A stretch of DNA of 52,911 nucleotides from Eubacteriales bacterium (GTDB lineage: Bacteria; Bacillota; Clostridia; Oscillospirales; CAG-272). The stretch is taken from contig JAZQWY010000164.1 in the NCBI GenBank assembly GCA_045632545.1, forward strand, positions 1 through 52,911, written 5' to 3'. Positions 23,356 to 30,382 of the stretch are shown in pieces. Below the pieces are notes generated by a model. The model was not told where the DNA came from. It saw only the letters and a list, made by a program, of their open reading frames with translations, and did no database searches. Numbering within the stretch: the stretch's first letter is position 1; each line of letters starts with the position of its first letter. Made by a program: the position numbers and the translations under genes.

Positions 23356-23382
23356 AATGGTTTTATCGAGAGGAGGCTTTTT

Positions 23383-23850
23383 GTGGATTGGAACAAAATA
23401 CGAGCGGAATATATTTCAGGAGGAACAAGTTACAGAAAACTTGCGGAAAAATATAAAGTACCTCTTACGACTTTAATGAGAACAGGGCGAAGAGAAGCGT
23501 GGGTGGACCTTAGGCTTCAAGCGGAGAGCAAAGCGAACGCGAAAATTGTAAATGATATAAGCAATAAGAGCGCCAAGATAGACGACAAATATTATAGACT
23601 TGTCGATATGCTTATGAATAAAGCTGAGGAGGTTATAAAGAACACTCCTACATGGCATGCCACAAATCTTAAGGAGATGGCAACCGCGCTCAAATACCTC
23701 AAGGAATGTAAGGGAGTAAAGTCCGAAGCAGATATCCGAGAACAGATGGCACGTATCGCGAAGCTAGAAAAGGAAGCTCGGGAGCAGAGCGATAAGAGCG
23801 CGGAGATAGTGATTACCATAGACGACGAAGCAAAGGATTACGCAAAATGA
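23383..23850 (+). CDS. terS: Terminase small subunit
   Basis: GTG 23383 lies 6 nt after AGGAGG. N-terminal HTH (WNKIRAEYISGGTSYRKLAEKYKVPLTTL). Directly upstream of terL with an ATGA overlap. Confidence 0.75.
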   Translation: MDWNKIRAEYISGGTSYRKLAEKYKVPLTTLMRTGRREAWVDLRLQAESKANAKIVNDISNKSAKIDDKYYRLVDMLMNKAEEVIKNTPTWHATNLKEMATALKYLKECKGVKSEADIREQMARIAKLEKEAREQSDKSAEIVITIDDEAKDYAK

Positions 23851-25250
23851 AAACAGTGTGGAGTATCGGCGTACCAAACGAAAAGCAAAAGCTGTTTTTC
23901 GTTGATGAACACAGATACATAGGATACGGCGGAGCGCGTGGCGGAGGAAAGTCTTGGGCAATACGCCGCAAGTTAGCGCTTCTGTGTCTTAATTACGCGG
24001 GAATAAAGTGCGGTATATATCGCCGCACGTATCCCGAACTCCGAAATAATCACGTAGTTCCTTTATTAAGCGAACTTAGAGGAGTGGCCCAATACAATGA
24101 GTCAAAGAAGACATTTACATTTCCAAACGGCTCAACCTTGCAGCTGTGCTATGCGGACAACCTAAAAGAACTCAATCAGAAGTTCCAAGGTCAGGAATAC
24201 GACGTTCTCGCCATCGACGAGGCGACGCAGATTGCGGAGGAGTGGTTCGCCATAATGAAGGCGACCGTCAGAGGAGTAAATAACTTCCCAAAGCGTGTAT
24301 ATATTACCTGCAATCCCGGAGGTGTCGGTCACACATGGGTAAAACGCTTATTTATAGAGCGAAACTATAAGACGGGAGAATTTCCCGAGGATTATAGCTT
24401 TATTCAGGCGTTGCCCTCAGACAACAAGGCACTTATGGAGAGCGATCCGGATTACATCAGAACGTTGGAAGCGCTTCCACCTCAACTGCGTAAGGCGTGG
24501 CTTGAGGGGTCGTGGGATATCTTTATGGGACAATTCTTCGAGGAGTTTACCGACGCTCCGTCGCATTATGGCGACAGACTGTGGACTCACGTAATTGAGC
24601 CCTTTGAAATCCCGCCTAATTGGGAGATATACAGGTCTTTCGACTGGGGCTTTGCTAAACCGTTTTCTTGCGATTGGTGGGCAGTAGATGGAGACGGACG
24701 AGCATATCTGATATTGCAGATGTACGGCTGTAACGGAACGCCAGACGAAGGAGTAAAGTGGTCAGCTGACAAGGTCTTTTCGGAGATAGCGAAGGTAGAA
24801 AGGGAGCATAGGTGGCTCAGAGGAAGATTTATACGAGGAGTTGCAGATTCCGCAATATGGGCGGAGGACGGCGGCGAGCCTATCATAGAAAGTGCGGACA
24901 GACACGGAGTATACTTTGAGAAGTCTGATAAGACTCGTATACCCGGTTGGATGCAGATGCACTATAGATTTGCTTTTGATGAGACCGGACGCCCTATGAT
25001 GTATTTCTTCAATACGTGCAGACATGCTATTCGTACTCTGCCTATGCTTCAGTATTCCCAAACTCACCCTGAGGACCTTGATACAACAGGTGAGGACCAT
25101 TTTGCGGATTCGTGCAGATACTTTTGTATGATGCGTCCGATAAAGGCAAGGGAGATAGGTGTGGAATACAAATATAAAGCTGACCCGTTGGACCAGTTTA
25201 ACGAAACTAATAAAAAAACTTATACATATCACGGAGTAAGCCGTTATTGA
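23847..25250 (+). CDS. terL: Terminase large subunit
   Basis: 467 aa. Walker A GYGGARGGGKSW, Walker B LAIDEA, and C-terminal nuclease-like acidic motifs. Confidence 0.9.
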   Translation: MKTVWSIGVPNEKQKLFFVDEHRYIGYGGARGGGKSWAIRRKLALLCLNYAGIKCGIYRRTYPELRNNHVVPLLSELRGVAQYNESKKTFTFPNGSTLQLCYADNLKELNQKFQGQEYDVLAIDEATQIAEEWFAIMKATVRGVNNFPKRVYITCNPGGVGHTWVKRLFIERNYKTGEFPEDYSFIQALPSDNKALMESDPDYIRTLEALPPQLRKAWLEGSWDIFMGQFFEEFTDAPSHYGDRLWTHVIEPFEIPPNWEIYRSFDWGFAKPFSCDWWAVDGDGRAYLILQMYGCNGTPDEGVKWSADKVFSEIAKVEREHRWLRGRFIRGVADSAIWAEDGGEPIIESADRHGVYFEKSDKTRIPGWMQMHYRFAFDETGRPMMYFFNTCRHAIRTLPMLQYSQTHPEDLDTTGEDHFADSCRYFCMMRPIKAREIGVEYKYKADPLDQFNETNKKTYTYHGVSRY

Positions 25251-25258
25251 GGAGGAAT

Positions 25259-27181
25259 ATGGGTCTTTTTAAGGTCTTTAATAAACATGCTCCGCCGCCG
25301 AGCGGAGGGAACATCTACGAGCTACCGCAGAACGAACAAATAATGGAAGCTAACGTAGCGGTGGATGAAAAACGTATGGCGGAATGGAACGCCGTGCTAC
25401 GGTCGTATAAGAACGCTAGAGGTGTAATAGAGAATAAAATAAAAGCCAATGAGAAATTTTGGCGTATGCGTCAATGGAAAGACGGAGGACATAAAAAAGG
25501 AGAACAGCCGATACCATCTACAGCATGGCTATTTTCCTGTATACAGTCAAAGCTCGCTGACGTAATGGAATCCTATCCCACGGCAAATTTTCGCCCAAGG
25601 CAGAAGGACGATGTGGAAGAAGCAAAGAAACTGTCAAGCATAGTCCCCGTAATTATCGCGCAGAACAATTTTGAAGAGGTATACAAGAACGTATCAGAGT
25701 ATACCTTGAAGAACGGCGTAGGCGTATACCACGTATGGTGGGACGGTTCTAAGCACGGAGGCCTTGGGGATATTGCTGTAACCGAAATGAACGTATTCAA
25801 TATCCTTTGGGAGCCGGGGATAACCGACATACAAAAATCCACGTATGTATTTACGGTAGAGCTAGTAGATAAGAAGATACTAGAGCAAAGATATCCGGAC
25901 AAAGCTCCAAGGATAAAAGGAAAGTCGATTACGCCGTCTCAATTTATAACCGATGAAAGAGTGGACGTATCAGACAAAATAGTCGTAGTGGACGTATATT
26001 ACCGTGTTGAGCAGAACGGACACAGGATACTGCACTATTGCAAGTATGCGGATACAGTATGTCTCGAATCTACCGAAAATGATATACAGCGTTATCCAAA
26101 CGGACTGTACGCGCACGGAATGTATCCGTTTGTCGTTCAGAGCTTATACCATATAGAGTCAAGTTTATACGGTACGGGTATGGTTGATATCGGCGCCGAT
26201 TCACAGCTTCAAATCGACCTTATGAACGAAGCTGTAGTGGAAAATACACTTATGGGAGCTAAGCCAAGATTTTTTGCAACTTCGGATACAGTCGTATCTG
26301 AAGAAGATTTCATAGATTGGCGTAAGACCTTTGTCAAGGTCGCCACGACATCAGAGAACACAATAAAGCCCATAACGACGACCCCTCTACAAGGTAATTA
26401 CCTCTCGTTTATGCAGTCGAAGATAGAAGAGCTTAAATACGTTACTTCAAATCACGATGTTAACAATGGGGCGGCACCAAACGGTATAACGGCGGCATCT
26501 GCAATAGCCGCCCTCCAGGAATCGTCGGGTAAAAATTCACGTGCCATCAATAAGACGTTTTATAACAGCTTCGCAAAGGTAATGGAGCTTGTTGTTGAGC
26601 TTATCCGTCAGTTCTACGATACTAAGCGTTGTTTCAGGATAATTCCTGACAGTACAGCTGAGGGTGGATATGAATTTATGGAGTATGATAACAGTCATCT
26701 CAAAGGAGTTCCTCAGGCTGCAGTCAACGGAATGGATATGGGCTTCCGTATTCCTGAATTTGACATAGATATCACGGCAGAAAAAGCAAACCCGTATAAG
26801 AAAATGGAGATGAACGAGCTCGCGCTTTCATTCTTCAAAATGGGATTTTTCAATCCGCAAATGACAGACCAAGCAATAGCTTGTCTCAATATGATGGACT
26901 TCGAGGCAAAAGACCGTATTATCGAGCGTATAAAGGAAAACGGTACGCTTCTGGATCAGATGATGATGTATCAGCAACTTTGTATAGCGCTTGCGCAGAA
27001 ATATGGAGATATAGGAGCTATGCAGGCAATTCAGCAAAATATGATGAGGAGTGGTCAGCCAATCCCCGAAATGGGAGGAGTTGAGCCTAAAGAAGCCGCA
27101 AATCCCGGAGGACAGACAGGAGAAATAAAGCAGGTAGAGAACGCAAGGGCAAGAGCGAGGGCAAGCACGGAGGCGACCTAA
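25259..27181 (+). CDS. Portal protein
   Basis: About 640-aa ORF immediately after terL. ATG 25259 follows GAGGAGG. The call rests on size and position. Confidence 0.75.
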   Translation: MGLFKVFNKHAPPPSGGNIYELPQNEQIMEANVAVDEKRMAEWNAVLRSYKNARGVIENKIKANEKFWRMRQWKDGGHKKGEQPIPSTAWLFSCIQSKLADVMESYPTANFRPRQKDDVEEAKKLSSIVPVIIAQNNFEEVYKNVSEYTLKNGVGVYHVWWDGSKHGGLGDIAVTEMNVFNILWEPGITDIQKSTYVFTVELVDKKILEQRYPDKAPRIKGKSITPSQFITDERVDVSDKIVVVDVYYRVEQNGHRILHYCKYADTVCLESTENDIQRYPNGLYAHGMYPFVVQSLYHIESSLYGTGMVDIGADSQLQIDLMNEAVVENTLMGAKPRFFATSDTVVSEEDFIDWRKTFVKVATTSENTIKPITTTPLQGNYLSFMQSKIEELKYVTSNHDVNNGAAPNGITAASAIAALQESSGKNSRAINKTFYNSFAKVMELVVELIRQFYDTKRCFRIIPDSTAEGGYEFMEYDNSHLKGVPQAAVNGMDMGFRIPEFDIDITAEKANPYKKMEMNELALSFFKMGFFNPQMTDQAIACLNMMDFEAKDRIIERIKENGTLLDQMMMYQQLCIALAQKYGDIGAMQAIQQNMMRSGQPIPEMGGVEPKEAANPGGQTGEIKQVENARARARASTEAT

Positions 27182-27492
27182 TGATAAAAGTAAAGTACGA
27201 TGGAAAATACAGTCTTTTCATTGAAGGTCACGCGGGACAAGCACCGCATGGTCAGGATATCGTTTGTGCGAGTGTTTCGGCATTAATATGCACTCTTGCG
27301 GAATACCTTGCAAAGCACAGTGGACACCTTGTACAACACAAGATAAGTACGTCATCGGGAAAAGGAATAATAAATGTTGTTCCCGAGAAATATTTTGAAA
27401 GCTCGTGCGCGGCGGCATTTGAATTTACATTATCAGGACTTTCAAATATAGCTGAGAATTACCCGGATTACATACGGTTTATGCCGTTGTAA
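27181..27492 (+). CDS. prp: Prp-like cysteine protease (ribosomal-processing protease family, DUF464)
   Basis: 103 aa. GHAGQAPHGQDIVCASVSAL matches the Prp His/Cys signature (GHAG..G.DIVCAAVS). TAATG overlap with the portal gene. Confidence 0.75.
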   Translation: MIKVKYDGKYSLFIEGHAGQAPHGQDIVCASVSALICTLAEYLAKHSGHLVQHKISTSSGKGIINVVPEKYFESSCAAAFEFTLSGLSNIAENYPDYIRFMPL

Positions 27493-27495
27493 ATA

Positions 27496-27547
27496 CAGAT
27501 GGATTCGCCGACCCTAAACGGCAGATGGATTCGCCGACCCTAAACGG
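27496..27547. repeat. Perfect 26-bp tandem duplication between the prp and scaffold genes
   Basis: CAGATGGATTCGCCGACCCTAAACGG occurs at 27496-27521 and again at 27522-27547, followed by CAG. Confidence 0.9.
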
Positions 27548-27563
27548 CAGGAAAGGAGTGCGT

Positions 27564-28556
27564 ATGGCACTTAAAAGATTATTCGATTTACAGCTTTTCG
27601 CGGAAGGCGGAGGAGACGGTGGCGCGTCTGCGGCTGGCGGTGAATCGAGCGCGTCTATGAATGAAACGGTAGCGCCAAGCTATCCGAAAAACATTCCCGA
27701 CCGCGCGAAAAAGTATTATGATATGGCTGCTAAAAAAACGCAGAAAGTCGACACTGCGGCAAAAGAAACAGCCAAAGAAACAAAACCTAATACAATTACC
27801 ACCACCGAAGAGGAGAACCCCGCAAATAGCGAGGCAAGTATCCCAAAGAAGCTGTCCTTCGGAGAGCTTATAGAGTCTGAAGACTATAAGGCGGAGTACG
27901 AGCGACATATACGCAAAGCTGTACGCGATAGGATGAAGACACACGAAGCGGAGAGAAGCGAAACAAACGAATTGCTTTCGCTTGTGGGGCAGAAATACGG
28001 GCTTGATACCAAGTCCGAGAATTTCCGAACGGAGCTTGCTAACGCAATAAAGGCGGATGACAGCTACTACGAGAAATACGCTCAGGAGCACGACGTTCCT
28101 CTGCCAGAGGCAAAGCGACTTATGGGGCTTGAGGCTCAGCTTGCGAAGGCTGAAGAACAGGCGAAACTTGCTCGTGAGCAACAGGAAAATGATAGAGTTA
28201 TAAACGCTCTGCGCGATAAAGGCGCTGAGACTAAAAAGCTCTATCCCGAATTTGACCTGGACACTGCTATGAAGGACGAACGTTTTAAGCGCTTAACAGT
28301 CGCTTTTGGCGGTGACACCACACAAGCATACAAGGCTCTCAATCACGACGCCCTACAGAGAAAAGCGGTAGCGGAAGCGGAATCAAGAGCACAGGCGGCA
28401 GTGAGCAACGCGGTCAAATCAAATCTTTCTCGCCCGTCAGAGGGCGGTATCTCCTCGACTTCAAATAACGCCCCGGCAACGCCCGATTTTAAGTCTATGG
28501 GACTTACGGGATTGCGAGCCTGGGCATCACAACAAAGAAATAGAACGGGGAGATAA
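27564..28556 (+). CDS. Scaffolding protein with a Prp-type N-terminal propeptide
   Basis: ATG 27564 follows GAAAGGAG. The N-terminus is MALKRLFDLQLFA/EGGG. The rest is a charged, helical A/E/K-rich body. It lies between the portal/prp genes and the capsid gene. Confidence 0.75.
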   Translation: MALKRLFDLQLFAEGGGDGGASAAGGESSASMNETVAPSYPKNIPDRAKKYYDMAAKKTQKVDTAAKETAKETKPNTITTTEEENPANSEASIPKKLSFGELIESEDYKAEYERHIRKAVRDRMKTHEAERSETNELLSLVGQKYGLDTKSENFRTELANAIKADDSYYEKYAQEHDVPLPEAKRLMGLEAQLAKAEEQAKLAREQQENDRVINALRDKGAETKKLYPEFDLDTAMKDERFKRLTVAFGGDTTQAYKALNHDALQRKAVAEAESRAQAAVSNAVKSNLSRPSEGGISSTSNNAPATPDFKSMGLTGLRAWASQQRNRTGR

Positions 28557-28580
28557 GAAGCTCCCTGAAAGGAGTTAATT

Positions 28581-29600
28581 ATGAAAACAGAAACATACGT
28601 TATTTTTGACCTTCAGATGTTTGCGTTTGCGGATGCTCCCGCAAGTATGACAAAGACAAGTACCGACGCCATGTCGCCTACGATGAAGGAGTTCTACGAT
28701 ACAGCTCTCCTTGAGAATGCGAGAGAGGTTATGGTGTGGAACCAGTTTGGAAAAGAGCAGACTATCACTCACGGAAAAACAGCTGAGTGGAGAAAGTTCA
28801 AGACCTTCGCTCCTGCGCTTACTCCTCTTACAGAAGGTACGACTCCCGAAGGCTCTACACTCGGCATGGAGAGTGTAACGGCTGAGATATCCCAGTACGG
28901 TGATTTCGTTCCCGTATCCGACGTTCTCGAATACGAGGCTTACGACGATGTTATCTTCGGAGCTACCGAGGAGATGGGCGCTGCGGGCGGTGAGACAAAC
29001 GACCTGCTCACAAGAAACGCGGTGCTTTCGGGTACCAACGTTGCATTTTGTCCAAACTTTGATTTTACCAAAAATAAAGAGGAAGCTGTAACAAAGAGGG
29101 CTGCTCTTACCGATACCGCAGTGCTAACACCTAAAATGGTAAACAAGGCGGCCACGATGCTCAAGAAGATGAAAGCGCCCAAGATAAACGGTTATTATGT
29201 TGCTATCATACACCCCTCTGTAGCAGAGGACCTCAGAGAGAGTGATGAGTGGAAAGAGTTCCACAAGCATACCGCAGTACAGCAGATATTCAAGGGCGAG
29301 ATAGGAGAGCTTCACGGCGTAAAGTTCATTGAATCCACTACCGCAAAAATATACAAGAGAGAAGGTAAGTCTAACGTCTACGCAACGATATTCTTCGGCA
29401 AGGACGCATGGGGCAAACTCGCTCTTGAAGGCGCGGGAATGGAAATGATTATAAAGGACAAGTCCGAGATAGGCGGTCCTCTTGAACAGTTCTCAACCGT
29501 GGGCTATAAGTTCATGCACGGTGCGCAGATACTCTATCAGGAGAGACTTATCAGAATTGAGTCGGTATCTTCGTACGGAAATATTGACGATGAAAATTAA
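28581..29600 (+). CDS. Major capsid protein (HK97 fold; resembles the N4-gp56-type family by eye) with a Prp-type propeptide
   Basis: 339 aa with RBS AAAGGAG. The N-terminus is MKTETYVIFDLQMFA/FAD. The call also rests on position and size. Confidence 0.8.
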   Translation: MKTETYVIFDLQMFAFADAPASMTKTSTDAMSPTMKEFYDTALLENAREVMVWNQFGKEQTITHGKTAEWRKFKTFAPALTPLTEGTTPEGSTLGMESVTAEISQYGDFVPVSDVLEYEAYDDVIFGATEEMGAAGGETNDLLTRNAVLSGTNVAFCPNFDFTKNKEEAVTKRAALTDTAVLTPKMVNKAATMLKKMKAPKINGYYVAIIHPSVAEDLRESDEWKEFHKHTAVQQIFKGEIGELHGVKFIESTTAKIYKREGKSNVYATIFFGKDAWGKLALEGAGMEMIIKDKSEIGGPLEQFSTVGYKFMHGAQILYQERLIRIESVSSYGNIDDEN

Positions 29601-29617
29601 AATAGAGGAGAGTTGTT

Positions 29618-29914
29618 ATGGCAACTAAAATAAAAAGTGTAGGTGCAGAGTCTGAGGTCGCAGAGGTTACTGAGCCTGAGGTCGCAGAGGTTACTTCGAT
29701 TACAGAGCCAAAGGTGAAGATTACGCTTCCCCTGCTTTCGGGAAAGGACGCTCAGCAGGACGTATTCGTGGCTGTGAATTTCAAGACTTACAGAATACAG
29801 CGCGGTGTAGAGGTTGAGGTGCCCGAGAGTGTATATGAGGTGCTCAAGGAGTCTCAGCGCGCCGCTGACGAGGAAATACGCGAGAAAATTCGTAGAGCCT
29901 TCAAAGAAGCCTAA
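29618..29914 (+). CDS. Hypothetical head-associated protein
   Basis: 98 aa with RBS GAGGAGAG. Contains a 24-bp tandem repeat encoding (S/P)EVAEVT(E/S). Confidence 0.6.
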   Translation: MATKIKSVGAESEVAEVTEPEVAEVTSITEPKVKITLPLLSGKDAQQDVFVAVNFKTYRIQRGVEVEVPESVYEVLKESQRAADEEIREKIRRAFKEA

Positions 29915-29933
29915 AGCACTATATAAAATCTTT

Positions 29934-29975
29934 AAGAGGGGGGACTACCCCCCTCTTTTTTTCGTGAGTTATAAT
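29934..29975 (+). promoter_or_regulatory. Terminator hairpin containing late-motif copy 4 (GGGGGACTACC), followed by TATAAT
   Basis: AAGAGGGGGG-ACTA-CCCCCCTCTT followed by T7 (29934-29963). The motif lies at 29939-29949. TATAAT lies at 29970-29975, 20 nt after the motif. Confidence 0.55.
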
Positions 29976-30004
29976 TAAATAAAAACCATTAGGAGGTATT
30001 TTAT

Positions 30005-30382
30005 ATGACAATAAACGAAGCTTTGAATGCGGCAGACGCGCTGAGAAACAACGCTGTGGGGCGAGAAATCAAGATAACTTTTCTTTCCGAGCTGGATGGA
30101 CGAATATGTTACGACATTATGCAGCCTTGCGGATATAAAGGAAATTTTATTGGCTATGATAGCAAGACACCGGGGGATACCGAGCTCCTCGTTCCGTATC
30201 CGTACGACGCGCTCTACGTTTCGTATCTGGAGCAGGAGATAGCTCGCGCCAGTAACGAGCTACCGAGATATAACAACGCGCGAGTTCTTTTCAACGAGAA
30301 ACTATCTGCGTTTCGTCAGTGGTATGTACGTACCCATAAGACGGAAACTCCGAATATCAAATTCCCGATAAGGGGGATATGA
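30005..30382 (+). CDS. Putative head-tail adaptor/connector protein
   Basis: 125 aa with RBS AGGAGG. The call rests on position after the capsid genes and loose resemblance to gp6-like connectors. Confidence 0.4.
   Translation: MTINEALNAADALRNNAVGREIKITFLSELDGRICYDIMQPCGYKGNFIGYDSKTPGDTELLVPYPYDALYVSYLEQEIARASNELPRYNNARVLFNEKLSAFRQWYVRTHKTETPNIKFPIRGI

Noticed and set aside
27588-28181. Long antisense ORFs inside well-supported genes. Examples are 27588..28181, 51152..52048, 1505..2164, 2806..3507, 12648..13235, 17237..17791 and 36835..37284.
   Set aside because: Each lies fully inside a longer, motif-supported gene on the other strand. They lack RBSs, and their Ser/Leu/Arg-rich composition is typical of antisense frames.
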